A stretch of 64,000 nucleotides of DNA from Betaproteobacteria bacterium. Lineage in GTDB: Bacteria; Pseudomonadota; Gammaproteobacteria; Burkholderiales; Casimicrobiaceae. Of the stretch, positions 49,147 to 58,891 are shown in pieces. Made by a program: the position numbers and the translations under genes. Numbering within the stretch: the first letter of the stretch is position 1; every line of letters begins with the position of its first letter. The notes under the pieces are model-generated. The model did no database searches. It was not told the DNA's origin and saw only the letters and a list, made by a program, of their open reading frames with translations. The stretch is from positions 3,834 through 67,833 of the forward strand of contig JBDTWY010000016.1 of the NCBI GenBank assembly GCA_040006455.1, given 5' to 3'.

Positions 49147-49679
49147 CGCATTCGTCCCGCGCGCAATCGGTGCCGCCCGGCCACCAGCAGGCCGATGCCG
49201 GTGCTGCCGTGCGCGTGGCAGATTGCGCAGGCGAGCGCATCGGCAGCATCGCTCGCCGGGGCACCCGGCAGCAGCAGCAGCCGTTGCACCATCGCCTGCA
49301 CCTGCAGCTTCTGCGCGCGTCCCTGGCCGACGACCGCCTGCTTGACCTGGCCAGCCGTGTACTCGGTGACCGGGAGGCCGGCCAGGACGGCGGCGGCGAT
49401 CGCCGCACCTCGCGCCTGTCCGAGCAGCAGCGTCGAATTGGGATTGACGTTGACGAAGACTTTTTCGACCGCCACTTCGTCGGGGCGCATTTCGGCGATC
49501 AGGTGCGCGAGATCGCGCGCGATGACGCCGAGCCGGGTCGGCAGGCTGGTGCCGCTCGCGCGTATGCACCCTGAGGTCACGTAGACGAGGCCGCCGCGGC
49601 CGACTTCGATCAGCCCGAAGCCGGTGACGCGAAGACCAGGGTCGATGCCGAGGATCCTGCGCGTGGTCGCGGCCGTCAC
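49143..49679 (-). CDS. ruvC: crossover junction endodeoxyribonuclease RuvC
   Basis: [58 protein letters not shown] start at 49679. Confidence 0.9.
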   Translation of the reverse strand: MTAATTRRILGIDPGLRVTGFGLIEVGRGGLVYVTSGCIRASGTSLPTRLGVIARDLAHLIAEMRPDEVAVEKVFVNVNPNSTLLLGQARGAAIAAAVLAGLPVTEYTAGQVKQAVVGQGRAQKLQVQAMVQRLLLLPGAPASDAADALACAICHAHGSTGIGLLVAGRHRLRAGRMR

Positions 49680-49683
49680 GCGA

Positions 49684-50409
49684 TCAATCGGCGATGACGG
49701 CGGATGTGTAGACCTCCTGCACGTCATCGAGCGATTCCAGCGCGTCGAGCAGCTTCTGCATCTTCTGCGCATCCTCGCCATCGAGGTCGACGTCGGCCAG
49801 CGCCTTCATCGTCACTTCGGCAAACCCGGGCTTGAATCCCTTCGCCGCCAGCGCGTCCTTGATCGCGACGAAGTCGTAGGGGCCGGTGACCACCTCGACG
49901 CTGCCGTCATCGTGCGTGACGACATCGTCGGCGCCGGCGTCGATCGCCGCATCCATCATCTTCGTCTCGTCGGTGCCGGGTGCGAACACGATCTGCCCGC
50001 AGTGCCTGAACAGGAACGCCACCGAGCCGTCGGTGCCGAGATTGCCACCATGCTTGGAGAACGCATGGCGGACGTCGGCGACGGTGCGCACGCGATTGTC
50101 GGTCATGCAATCGACGATCACCGCGGCACCATTGATGCCGTAGCCCTCGTAGCGGATTTCCTCGTAGCTGACGCCTTCCAGGTCACCGCCGCCGCGCTTG
50201 GCGGCGCGCTCGATCGTGTCTTTCGGCATGTTCTGGCTGGTAGCCTTGTCGACGGCGAGGCGCAGCCGCGGATTCATCGACACGTCGGCGCCGCCAAGCC
50301 TCGCCGCGACGGTGATTTCCTTGATGAGGCGCGTGAAGATCTTGCCGCGCTTGGCGTCGGTCGCGGCTTTCTTGTGCTTGATGTTCGCCCATTTGCTGTG
50401 GCCGGCCAT
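49684..50409 (-). CDS. yebC: YebC/PmpR-family DNA-binding transcriptional regulator
   Basis: [32 protein letters not shown], 241 aa. Confidence 0.93.
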   Translation of the reverse strand: MAGHSKWANIKHKKAATDAKRGKIFTRLIKEITVAARLGGADVSMNPRLRLAVDKATSQNMPKDTIERAAKRGGGDLEGVSYEEIRYEGYGINGAAVIVDCMTDNRVRTVADVRHAFSKHGGNLGTDGSVAFLFRHCGQIVFAPGTDETKMMDAAIDAGADDVVTHDDGSVEVVTGPYDFVAIKDALAAKGFKPGFAEVTMKALADVDLDGEDAQKMQKLLDALESLDDVQEVYTSAVIAD

Positions 50410-50546
50410 GGGGCTTTCGCTGCATTCGTGGGGGAGCGAAATTATACCGTGCGACGACGGCGCGGCGCGGCCCGCGAAAGCATTTGCGGCCGTTCGCGCA
50501 GCGTCCACGCCGCGCACCGCGCGCCGCCCGCCGACCGCAACAGCGA

Positions 50547-51167
50547 TCAGATCAGCTGCTGCTGCACGAGGAATTCGCGCAATACCTTGAGCCGGACGCC
50601 GGCATCGTTGATCTCGAGCATCGTCTGCTTGATGTGCAGCGGCAGCGGCAACACTTCGGCGAGCCGGTAGCCGACCCAGGAGCCGTCGTCGTAACGCGGC
50701 TCCACCGGGAAGTTGGCGGCGCCGATCTTGCCGGCGATCAGCTCGAGCAGGCGCGCGAGCGGCAGCGAGTCGTCGCTCATCGCCACCGCCGGCTCCGGCG
50801 CGAGCGTCGTCACCTCGGCGACGGCGAGATGGTTGCTCTCGACGTGATGGCGTTGCACCTGGTAGCGCGATCCGCCTTCCGCGGTCACGTGCAGGATGCC
50901 CAGCTGCGGCATGTCCCAGCGCACGATGCGCGCCAGCGTGCCGATCATTGCGAAATCCTGGCGCCCGCCGTCGCTCGCCACCTCGTCGCCCTGCGTGAGC
51001 AGGCACACGCCGAATGGCTTGTCGTCGGCGAGGCACGCCTTGGCCATGTCGATGTAGCGCTGCTCGAAAATCTTGATCGGCAGCAGGCCGCCGGGGAAAA
51101 GCACGGTGCGCAGCGGGAACAACGGCAGCGTCATCGGCGCGCGCGCCTCGTGCAGGAACGCGAGCAT
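50547..51167 (-). CDS. LON-peptidase N-terminal (substrate-binding) domain protein
   Basis: [28 protein letters not shown] is the typical LON N-domain start. Candidate starts are at 51167 (overlaps the ubiX stop) or 51134. Confidence 0.75.
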   Translation of the reverse strand: MLAFLHEARAPMTLPLFPLRTVLFPGGLLPIKIFEQRYIDMAKACLADDKPFGVCLLTQGDEVASDGGRQDFAMIGTLARIVRWDMPQLGILHVTAEGGSRYQVQRHHVESNHLAVAEVTTLAPEPAVAMSDDSLPLARLLELIAGKIGAANFPVEPRYDDGSWVGYRLAEVLPLPLHIKQTMLEINDAGVRLKVLREFLVQQQLI

Positions 51168-51811
51168 CAGGCGCGCGCGACGTGCGGCGCGGGCGCCACT
51201 TCGCCCCAGCGCGGCACCAGCGCGTGCGCGACGCCGAGGTGGTCGAGCACGCGCGCGACGACGAAATCGATGACGTCGTCGACGCTCTGCGGCCGCGTGT
51301 AGAAAGCCGGTACTGGCGGCAGGATCACCGCGCCCGCGCGTGCGAGCTTGAGCATGTTCTCGAGATGGATTGCCGACAACGGCGTTTCGCGGGGCACCAG
51401 CACCAGCGTGCGACGTTCCTTGAGCATCACGTCGGCGGCGCGCTCGATCAGGTTGTCGGCGAGGCCTCCGGCGATCGCGCCGAGCGTTCCCATCGTGCAC
51501 GGGCACACGGCCATCGCATCGGCGGGATTGGAGCCCGACGCGATCGGCGCCATCCAGTCGTCCCGGCCGAACACGCGCAACTGCCCGTCGCGCGCACCAT
51601 AGCGCTCGCCGAGCGCACGTTGCGCTTCGCGCGGCTGCGCCGGCAGCGCGAGCCCGCATTCTTGCTTGGCGACCACTTGCGCCGCCGCCGAATACATCAG
51701 ATGCACGTTGTCACCCGCTTGCAGCACGCATTCGAGGACGCGCAGTCCGAACGGCATTCCCGACGCGCCGGTGAACGCGAGCGCGATCGTGCGCGGCGGA
51801 AGCGATCTCAT
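51167..51811 (-). CDS. ubiX: flavin prenyltransferase UbiX
   Basis: [52 protein letters not shown]. Confidence 0.9.
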   Translation of the reverse strand: MRSLPPRTIALAFTGASGMPFGLRVLECVLQAGDNVHLMYSAAAQVVAKQECGLALPAQPREAQRALGERYGARDGQLRVFGRDDWMAPIASGSNPADAMAVCPCTMGTLGAIAGGLADNLIERAADVMLKERRTLVLVPRETPLSAIHLENMLKLARAGAVILPPVPAFYTRPQSVDDVIDFVVARVLDHLGVAHALVPRWGEVAPAPHVARA

Positions 51812-51856
51812 CGGACGATGTTAGCACGCGAAAAACACGTGCCGGTCCCTCTGGCG

Positions 51857-52693
51857 TCAGGTCATTTCCCGGTGCCGCGTGAGCACCTGGTAGCGCGGCG
51901 AGAACGCGCGCGCGAGCCGCTCGACGAGGTACACCGAGCGATGCTGTCCGCCGGTGCAGCCGATCGCCACGGTCAGGTAGTTGCGATTGTCGCGCGCGTA
52001 GTCGGGCAGCCAGCCGGCGACGAAATGATAGATGTCCCCGTACATGCGCTCGACCTCGGGGATGCGCTCGAGGAACTCGACCACCGCGGCATCACGGCCG
52101 GTGAGCGGCTGCAGCTGCGGCTCGTAGTGCGGATTGGGCAGGCAGCGCACGTCGAACACGAGGTCGGCGTCGAGCGGAATTCCCAGCTTGAAGCCGAACG
52201 ACTCGAACAGCAGCGTCAAGCGCGACGGGTCGACGCTCAGGAAATCCTTGACCCAGCCGCGCAACGCCGCCGCCGGCAGCTCGCTGGTGTCGAACGTCGT
52301 GCCCAGCATCCGCACGTCGTTGACGAGGCTGCGCTCGTATTCGATCGCCTCGGGTAGCGTGCGATCGTCGCCCGAGAACGGATGGCGGCGCCGCGTTTCC
52401 GAAAAGCGCTTGACCAGCGTCTCGACCTTGGCGTCGAGGTAGACGAAGCGTACCGTCCATTCCTTCGCCTTCAGCGACGCGATCGCGTCGGCGAGTCCCG
52501 GCAGTCCCGGGCCCGCCTTGACGTCGAGCGAAACGGCGACGCGTGCGATGCGCTTGCTCGCGAGATAGACGAGCGTGCCGAGCAGCATCGGCATCGGCAG
52601 GTTGTTGACCGTGTAGTAGCCCGAGTCCTCGAGCGCGGCCAGTGCGACGTTCTTGCCGGAGCCCGACACGCCGCCGATCAGCACGATATCCAT
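51857..52693 (-). CDS. rapZ: RNase adapter protein RapZ
   Basis: MDIVLIGGVSGSGKNVALAALEDSGYYTVNNLP and CTGGQHRSV. An alternative upstream start is at 52714. Confidence 0.9.
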   Translation of the reverse strand: MDIVLIGGVSGSGKNVALAALEDSGYYTVNNLPMPMLLGTLVYLASKRIARVAVSLDVKAGPGLPGLADAIASLKAKEWTVRFVYLDAKVETLVKRFSETRRRHPFSGDDRTLPEAIEYERSLVNDVRMLGTTFDTSELPAAALRGWVKDFLSVDPSRLTLLFESFGFKLGIPLDADLVFDVRCLPNPHYEPQLQPLTGRDAAVVEFLERIPEVERMYGDIYHFVAGWLPDYARDNRNYLTVAIGCTGGQHRSVYLVERLARAFSPRYQVLTRHREMT

Positions 52694-52717
52694 CGGTGCG
52701 CCGTCGTCGGCCACCTG

Positions 52718-53689
52718 TCAGCCGCCGTCTTCCATCAGCTTCTGCTGGCGCTCGATGAATTCCTTGGTGCTGTCGATGCCGCGCTGGTTGAGCACGAAGT
52801 TGCGCACCGCCGCCTCGACCAGCACCGCGAGGTTGCGGCCCGCGGCGACCGGTATCGTCACCTTGCGGATCGGCACGCCCAGCACTTCCTGGTACGTCGC
52901 GTCGACCTTGAGGCGGTCGAGCTCGCTGAATGCCTCATTGCTGTGATCCTCGAGATGGACGAGCAGCTTCAGGAGCTTGCGCGGCCGCACCGCGGTCTCG
53001 CCGAAGATCGTGCGGATGTTGAGGATGCCGATGCCGCGCACCTCGAGGAAGTCGCGCAACACCGCGGGGCAGCGTGCCTCGATCGTGTCCGGCGAGATCC
53101 GGTAGAGCTCGACGATGTCGTCGGCGACGAGGCCGTTGCCGCGCGAGATCAGCTCGAGCGCGAGCTCGCTCTTGCCGATCGCCGACGCGCCGGTGATGAG
53201 CACGCCCATCTCCAGCACGTCGAGGAACACGCCGTGCAGCGCGGTGTTTTCGGCGAGCACGCGCGACAAGTAGAGGCGGATAACGTCGGCCAGGTGCGGC
53301 GACGGTTGCGACGACGTGAACAGCGCGACGTGATGCGCGTTGCACTGCGCGAGGAGCTGATCCGGAACCGCCTCGCCATTGGCGACGACGATCGCCACGA
53401 GCTCCTGGTTGAACAGCCGCTCGATCGAGCGGTCGAGCTCGTCCTGCGGCAATCCGCGCAGGTAGGCGAGCTCCGCCGTGCCCATGATCTGGATGCGGAA
53501 CGGGTGGATGAAATTCATGTGGCCGACGAGGCCGATCGTCGGCTGCAGCGAGGCTTCGCTGGTCAGCGCGCGGCTGCCGCCCTGGCGGCCGGCAAGCCAC
53601 ATCAGGCCGGTGCGCTCCCGAACGTCGTCGAACAGGCGCTCGACACTCACCTGGCGCAGGTGCGTGTCGCCGCTTATCGGGGTTGCCAT
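52718..53689 (-). CDS. hprK: HPr kinase/phosphorylase
   Basis: GVLITGASAIGKSELALELISRGNGLVADD (P-loop) and LEVRGIGILNI. The start could be 53689 or 53707. Confidence 0.9.
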   Translation of the reverse strand: MATPISGDTHLRQVSVERLFDDVRERTGLMWLAGRQGGSRALTSEASLQPTIGLVGHMNFIHPFRIQIMGTAELAYLRGLPQDELDRSIERLFNQELVAIVVANGEAVPDQLLAQCNAHHVALFTSSQPSPHLADVIRLYLSRVLAENTALHGVFLDVLEMGVLITGASAIGKSELALELISRGNGLVADDIVELYRISPDTIEARCPAVLRDFLEVRGIGILNIRTIFGETAVRPRKLLKLLVHLEDHSNEAFSELDRLKVDATYQEVLGVPIRKVTIPVAAGRNLAVLVEAAVRNFVLNQRGIDSTKEFIERQQKLMEDGG

Positions 53690-54132
53690 TCGCCGATCAG
53701 CGCGCACAGCTCGCGGGCGTCGTGGGCGCTGGCGAGGCGATCGCGGAATTCGCGCTCGCTGAACATCTGCGCGAGCTCGGACAGGAGCTGCAGGTGCTGG
53801 TCGGTCGCGTGCTCGGGCACGAGCAACACGAACACCTGCGACACGGGCTTGCCGTCGGGTGCGTCGAAGGGGATCGGGTGCGCGAGGCGCAGGAACGCGC
53901 CCTGTGCCTCCTTGAGGCCCCGCGGCCGGCCGTGCGGAATCGCGATGCCTTGCCCGAGGCCCGTGGAGCCGAGCTTCTCGCGCGCGGCGAGGCTCGTCGC
54001 GACGGTGTTGGCGGCGAGTCCCAGGCTCGCGGCGAACAGCGCGCCTACCCTGGCGAATAGCTGCGCCTTGTCTGCGACATCAATGCCGAGGACAACGTTC
54101 GCGGCCGGAAGCAATTCGGCGATCTGGTTCAT
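53674..54132 (-). CDS. ptsN: PTS IIA-like nitrogen regulatory protein PtsN
   Basis: MNQIAELLPAANVVLGIDVADKAQLF and GLGQGIAIPHGR (phosphorylatable His). Confidence 0.88.
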   Translation of the reverse strand: MNQIAELLPAANVVLGIDVADKAQLFARVGALFAASLGLAANTVATSLAAREKLGSTGLGQGIAIPHGRPRGLKEAQGAFLRLAHPIPFDAPDGKPVSQVFVLLVPEHATDQHLQLLSELAQMFSEREFRDRLASAHDARELCALIGEWQPR

Positions 54133-54140
54133 CGGTGATT

Positions 54141-54175
54141 GAAAACAAAACGGCGGGCAGCCTGAGCGCCCGCCG
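54141..54175 (-). terminator. intrinsic terminator-like hairpin plus U tract between hpf and ptsN
   Basis: The minus strand reads CGGCGGGC-GCTCAGGCT-GCCCGCCG followed by TTTTGTTTTC. It lies 84 nt after the hpf stop. Confidence 0.6.
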
Positions 54176-54258
54176 GGCGGTCGAACGCGTCGGCTTTTAC
54201 TGACGATTTCCGGCACGGTACGCCATTGCTTGGGCGGCGATTATACGCCGCGCGGCCC

Positions 54259-54603
54259 TTATTCGGCGCCTTCCCGGGAAAGCGACTCGGGGTCGCGCTT
54301 GTGCGCGCTGTCGTGGCGGTTGGCGATCAGCATTTCCTTGTGCTTGACAACCGCGCGGTCGAGCTTGTCGGCCAGGCCGTCGATCGCCGCGTACATGTCG
54401 GCATCGATGCATTCGCAATGGATGTCCTTGCCGCGCACGTGCAGGTTGGCCTCGATTTTCTGTCGCAGCTTGTCCACCGACAGCACCATGTTGACGTCAA
54501 TCACGTGGTCGAAATGCCGTGTGACTCGGTCGAGCTTGGCGATCACGTAGTCGCGGATCGCCGCAGTGACGACAAGGTGTTGGCCGGTGAGGTGAAGATT
54601 CAT
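54259..54603 (-). CDS. hpf: ribosome hibernation promoting factor (sigma-54 modulation protein family)
   Basis: MNLHLTGQHLVVTAAIRDYVIAKLDRV. 114 aa, with a GGAGGAG SD. Confidence 0.9.
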   Translation of the reverse strand: MNLHLTGQHLVVTAAIRDYVIAKLDRVTRHFDHVIDVNMVLSVDKLRQKIEANLHVRGKDIHCECIDADMYAAIDGLADKLDRAVVKHKEMLIANRHDSAHKRDPESLSREGAE

Positions 54604-54622
54604 CGAGCGCTCCTCCATTGGA

Positions 54623-54642
54623 CACGGGGATGATTCCCCGTG
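54623..54642 (-). promoter_or_regulatory. perfect 8-bp stem / 4-nt loop hairpin in the rpoN-hpf spacer
   Basis: CACGGGGA-TGAT-TCCCCGTG. It ends 19 nt upstream of the hpf ATG, just before the SD. Confidence 0.35.
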
Positions 54643-54671
54643 CAAATACGCAAGAGCCGGGCCAGCGAGCG

Positions 54672-56132
54672 TCATGGCGTCCTGCGAAGGTTGACGGGAG
54701 GAATTGCGAGGGCCTCCCGGTACTTTGCGATCGTGCGACGGGCGACCAGGATGCCCTGTTCGCCGAGGAGATCGGCAATGCGGCTGTCGGTCAGCGGCGC
54801 CTGCACGTTCTCGGCGCCGATCAGCTGCTTGATCAGCGCGCGAATCGCCGTCGCGGATGCGGCGCCGCCGGTGTCGGTGGCGACGTGGCTGCCGAAGAAG
54901 TACTTGAGCTCGAACGTGCCGCGCGGCGTCAGCATGTACTTCTGCGTCGTCACGCGCGAAATCGTCGATTCGTGCAATGTCAGCATGTCGGCGATCTCGC
55001 GCAGCACCATCGGCCGCATCGCGACTTCGCCATGGTCGAAGAACCGGCGCTGGCGCTCGACGATCGCCTGGGCGACGCGCAGGATCGTGTCGAAGCGCTG
55101 CTGCACGTTGCGGATTAGCCATTTGGCTTCCTGCAACTGCGCGGAGAGCTGCTGGTTCGACGAGTCGCGGTTGCGCGTCAGGATGTCGGCGTAGATGCGG
55201 TTGAGGCGCAGCTTGGGCATTGCCGCCTCGTTGAGCGACGCCACCCAGCGCCCGCGGGTCTTGCGCACGACGACGTCGGGCACGATATAGTTGGACTCGG
55301 TCGTCGCGAACGCTGCGCCGGGGCGCGGCGACAGGCTGCGGATCAGGTCGCGCACGGCGCGCACGCCGTCGTCGTCGGTGTGCAGCACGCGCTTCAGCTT
55401 GGTGAAGTCGCGCGACGCCAGCAGCGGCAGGTGCTCGGCGACGAGCTTTTGCGCCATCGCGCGGTGCGCCGTCGACGCCGGCAGCGCGCGCAGCTGCAGC
55501 GCCAGGCATTCAGCGCAGTCGCGCGCACCGACGCCCACGGGCTCGAAGCTCTGCACGAACTTGAGCGCGATGCTGAGCTCGTCGGGATCGATGCCGAGCT
55601 CGTCAGGCAGGTATTCGGCGATCTCCTCGAGCGACGACGACAGGTAGCCGTCCTCGTTGACCGCGTCGATCAGCGCGGCGACGATCTGGCGGTCGCGCAG
55701 CGGCAGCTTGAGCAGCGCGAGCTGCTGCAGCAAGTGGTCGCGCAGCGTGCTCGCGGCAACCTGCTGCGGATAGAATTCGTCGTCGTCCGACGAGGGCGCG
55801 CTGCCCCAGTCGCCATCGCCACCGCCGCTGCCGCCGTAGTCGGTGAAATCATTGTCGTCAGTTGCCGTCGACGTCGCGCTCGCGTTCTCGTCGTGCGTCG
55901 CGCGGTCGTTGGGAGCGGACTCAGGCGCGGTGGAGTTGCTGTTGGCCTCGTAGACGGGCAGCGCGGGCTCGTCGTCGGTGTCGACCTTCTCGAGCAGCGG
56001 GTTTTCCTGCAGCATCCGCTCGACTTCGGCGTTGAGCTCGATCGTCGACAACTGCAACAGGCGGATCGACTGCTGCAACTGCGGTGTCAGCGTCAGGTGC
56101 TGCGAAAGCTTGAGCTGCAGTGTCTGCTTCAC
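54672..56132 (-). CDS. rpoN: RNA polymerase sigma-54 factor
   Basis: (V)KQTLQLKLSQHLTLTPQLQQSIRLLQLST, HTH, and RpoN box ARRTIAKYRE. GTG start at 56132. Confidence 0.95.
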   Translation of the reverse strand: MKQTLQLKLSQHLTLTPQLQQSIRLLQLSTIELNAEVERMLQENPLLEKVDTDDEPALPVYEANSNSTAPESAPNDRATHDENASATSTATDDNDFTDYGGSGGGDGDWGSAPSSDDDEFYPQQVAASTLRDHLLQQLALLKLPLRDRQIVAALIDAVNEDGYLSSSLEEIAEYLPDELGIDPDELSIALKFVQSFEPVGVGARDCAECLALQLRALPASTAHRAMAQKLVAEHLPLLASRDFTKLKRVLHTDDDGVRAVRDLIRSLSPRPGAAFATTESNYIVPDVVVRKTRGRWVASLNEAAMPKLRLNRIYADILTRNRDSSNQQLSAQLQEAKWLIRNVQQRFDTILRVAQAIVERQRRFFDHGEVAMRPMVLREIADMLTLHESTISRVTTQKYMLTPRGTFELKYFFGSHVATDTGGAASATAIRALIKQLIGAENVQAPLTDSRIADLLGEQGILVARRTIAKYREALAIPPVNLRRTP

Positions 56133-56243
56133 GTGCCTCGGCGCGGCAATGAAGCCGCGCGTTCCCCATGCGTCGTTGCGAAAGGCGATCGAATCGTTAC
56201 GCGCCAGGCGTCGCCGCGTCGGGCCCCTGCGCACGTCCCCATG

Positions 56244-56966
56244 CTACAGCCGGAAGTGCTCACCGAGATACACTTTTCTGACAGCCTCATTATAGACAAT
56301 CTCGTCCGGCGCACCGAAGGCCAGCACGCTGCCCTCGTTGATGATGTACGCGCGGTCGCAGATACCGAGCGTCTCGCGGACGTTGTGGTCGGTGATCAGC
56401 ACGCCGATGCCGCGTTCCTTGAGAAAGCCGATAATGCGCTGGATGTCGAGCACGGCGATGGGGTCGACGCCGGCGAACGGCTCGTCCAGCAGGATGAAGC
56501 GCGGCCGCGTCGCCAGCGCGCGCGCGATCTCGCAGCGCCTGCGCTCGCCGCCGGACAGCGAAATCGCCGGCGCATCGGCGAGGTGCGAGATCGACAGGTC
56601 CTCCAGCAGCGCATCGAGGCGATTGGCGATCACGTCGCTGTCGGTCTCGACGAGCTCGAGGATCGCGCGCACATTTTCCGATACCGTCAGCTTGCGGAAG
56701 ATCGACGCCTCCTGCGGCAGGTACGACAGGCCGCGCCGCGCACGCTGGTGGATCGGCAAGCCCGCGAGGTCCTCGTTGTCGAGCGTGATGTTGCCGCCAT
56801 CGGCCGCGACGAGGCCCACGATCATGTAGAAGCACGTCGTCTTGCCCGCGCCGTTCGGGCCCAGCAGTCCCACCACTTCGCCGCTCGCGACTTCGAGCGA
56901 AACGTCGTGGACGACGGTGCGTGCCTTGTAGCGCTTTTTCAGGCGTGAGGCGGCGAGCTGGCTCAC
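56244..56966 (-). CDS. lptB: LPS export ABC transporter ATP-binding protein LptB
   Basis: [36 protein letters not shown]. Lies upstream of rpoN. Confidence 0.95.
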   Translation of the reverse strand: MSQLAASRLKKRYKARTVVHDVSLEVASGEVVGLLGPNGAGKTTCFYMIVGLVAADGGNITLDNEDLAGLPIHQRARRGLSYLPQEASIFRKLTVSENVRAILELVETDSDVIANRLDALLEDLSISHLADAPAISLSGGERRRCEIARALATRPRFILLDEPFAGVDPIAVLDIQRIIGFLKERGIGVLITDHNVRETLGICDRAYIINEGSVLAFGAPDEIVYNEAVRKVYLGEHFRL

Positions 56967-57631
56967 TTCGTCCGTAGCTCGTTGTCGATCGTCAGCGGCA
57001 ATGGCGCGGGTGGCGCCGGCTTCGCCGCATCCGATTTGGGCTTGGCCGGCGTCGCATCCTTGTTGGCGTCGCCCGACTTGTCGTCCTTCGGCTTGTCGGC
57101 GCCATTGATGTCCTTCGGCAGGATCACGCCGGTGACGCGGGTCGCGGGCTTGTCGGGCGTCGAAGTGCCGGCCGGTGCGCCGGCGCTCGCCACGCCGTTC
57201 GCGCGATTGTAGGAAATGTAATCGCTGCGCAGCTCCTTGGTCGGTCCCTGCTTCAGCAGCGCGCGGTCGAAGAGTTCGACCAGCTGCTTCTGGCCGTCGT
57301 AGACGATGCGCTGCGCATATGCCTCGTCGTATTCGTCAGTGCCCTGGCGCTTCTGCCGATAGCTCACCGGCGCACCGGTCGCGGTCGCGGACAGTGAGTT
57401 GTCGGGATTTCGCTTGAACGTGACTTTGTCGGCATGCAGCACCAGCGTGCCCTGGGTGATCGTCACGTGCCCGGACAGCTCGCCGACACCCGTTGCGCTG
57501 CTGCCGCCTCCGGTGTCGCCGGAAAAATTGATCGGCTTGTCCTTGTCGCTGTCGTCCGCGCGGCAGGTTGGCGAGAGCACGAGCATGATGGCCAGCAATG
57601 GGCAGGCGAAGCGGATCGCGGTTGTTTTCAT
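56963..57631 (-). CDS. lptA: LPS transport periplasmic protein LptA
   Basis: Start at [19 protein letters not shown] (signal peptide). OstA-like beta-jellyroll strings ([17 protein letters not shown]). Lys/Pro/Ala-rich tail. Confidence 0.8.
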   Translation of the reverse strand: MKTTAIRFACPLLAIMLVLSPTCRADDSDKDKPINFSGDTGGGSSATGVGELSGHVTITQGTLVLHADKVTFKRNPDNSLSATATGAPVSYRQKRQGTDEYDEAYAQRIVYDGQKQLVELFDRALLKQGPTKELRSDYISYNRANGVASAGAPAGTSTPDKPATRVTGVILPKDINGADKPKDDKSGDANKDATPAKPKSDAAKPAPPAPLPLTIDNELRTK

Positions 57632-58248
57632 TTGGATAGCGCCTGGGGCTCGATCGTCCCTTGCAAACGGGACAGGAAGCTCACTGTCTTCTTGTCGGCG
57701 TCGAGCCTCATGCCGACGGCGCGAATGATGCCACGCGCCTCCTCGATCGTCACGGCCTTGTCGGTGTCTGCTTGCCTCTGCCGCGGCAGCACGTGCAGGT
57801 ACTCGGTGGACAGCGTCAGCGGGCTCGCGACGTTGGCGCCCTTCTCCGCGTTGGGATCGGCGTCGCGCTTCACGTGCACGTTGCCGGTGAACCAAACGTT
57901 GTTGCGGTCGCCGCCGATCTTCGCCGCATCGGCGGTCACCGCGAACGTCGGTTGCCTGGGATCCTTCAGCACGAGGTCGGGCTTCACGAACACCGTGGTG
58001 TCGTCATCGGGGAAATGCTCGCCGCGCGCGGCGCTCAGCAATTGCGTCGGCTTGCCGTCGGCGCCGTAGATCACCGCGCGCAGGTTCTCGACGTAGATGT
58101 CAACGTCGTGCCGGCGGTTGCCGTCGGCGCGCACCACGGGCGGCGTGATCTGCGCGTCGAGCCAGTAGGTCAAAGCGGCGAGCCCGGCCAGCAGCAGCAC
58201 CGGTGACCACGACACGAACCGGTCGGTCAATGCGCGCGAGCGATTCAT
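57628..58248 (-). CDS. lptC: LPS export system protein LptC
   Basis: Start at MNRSRALTDRFVSWSPVLLLAGLAAL (N-terminal TM anchor). Conserved position between kdsC and lptA. Confidence 0.7.
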   Translation of the reverse strand: MNRSRALTDRFVSWSPVLLLAGLAALTYWLDAQITPPVVRADGNRRHDVDIYVENLRAVIYGADGKPTQLLSAARGEHFPDDDTTVFVKPDLVLKDPRQPTFAVTADAAKIGGDRNNVWFTGNVHVKRDADPNAEKGANVASPLTLSTEYLHVLPRQRQADTDKAVTIEEARGIIRAVGMRLDADKKTVSFLSRLQGTIEPQALSK

Positions 58249-58324
58249 CGCAACGCGGGCCGGTGGGTGTGACGGCGGAGGGCGGGAGTGTGGCGCGTGA
58301 CGTGCATCCGCCCGATTATCGCCT

Positions 58325-58345
58325 AGTGGGCCGTTACGGCCCACT
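58325..58345 (-). promoter_or_regulatory. perfect 9-bp stem / 3-nt loop hairpin immediately after the kdsC stop
   Basis: AGTGGGCCG-TTA-CGGCCCACT, abutting the kdsC TAG (58346-58348). No U tract. Confidence 0.35.
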
Positions 58346-58891
58346 CTAGACGCGGGCCGGGCGTCCGGCATCCCAGTGCGCGAGCGCATCGGCGAGCACG
58401 CCACGCGCCTCGAGGATCAGCTCGCAGGCTTCGCGCACCGCGCCCAGTCCCGCCGGCGCACGCGTGACGAAATGCGCGGCTTGCTGCACGACCGGTGGCG
58501 CGTGCGCGACGCTGAAGCCGACGCCGGATGCGCGCAACAGCGGCAGGTCGGGAAGGTCGTCGCCCATGTGCGCGCACTCCGCAGGCTCGATCCCGAGCTT
58601 GCCGATCAATGCGCGCCAGCCCGGCATCTTGTCGTCGTTGCCTTGCAGCACATGACCGATGCCGAGCCGTATCGCGCGATGCGCGATCGAAGGCGACGAG
58701 CTGCCGGAGATCAGCGCGACTTCGATGCCCGCGCCTTGCAGCAGCCTGATGCCGATGCCGTCGGGAGCGTAGAACGCCTTGGTCTCGCGTCCGTCGTCGT
58801 CGACGTAGACGCGGCCGTCGGTCAGCACGCCGTCGACGTCGAGCGTCAGCAGGCGCAGCGCGGCCAGCTTCGCTGCGAGCTCCGGCGTCAT
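58346..58891 (-). CDS. kdsC: 3-deoxy-D-manno-octulosonate 8-phosphate phosphatase KdsC
   Basis: LLTLDVDGVLTDGRVY, GIEVALISG, MGDDLPDLP. Its start overlaps the kdsD stop (ATGA). Confidence 0.88.
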   Translation of the reverse strand: MTPELAAKLAALRLLTLDVDGVLTDGRVYVDDDGRETKAFYAPDGIGIRLLQGAGIEVALISGSSSPSIAHRAIRLGIGHVLQGNDDKMPGWRALIGKLGIEPAECAHMGDDLPDLPLLRASGVGFSVAHAPPVVQQAAHFVTRAPAGLGAVREACELILEARGVLADALAHWDAGRPARV

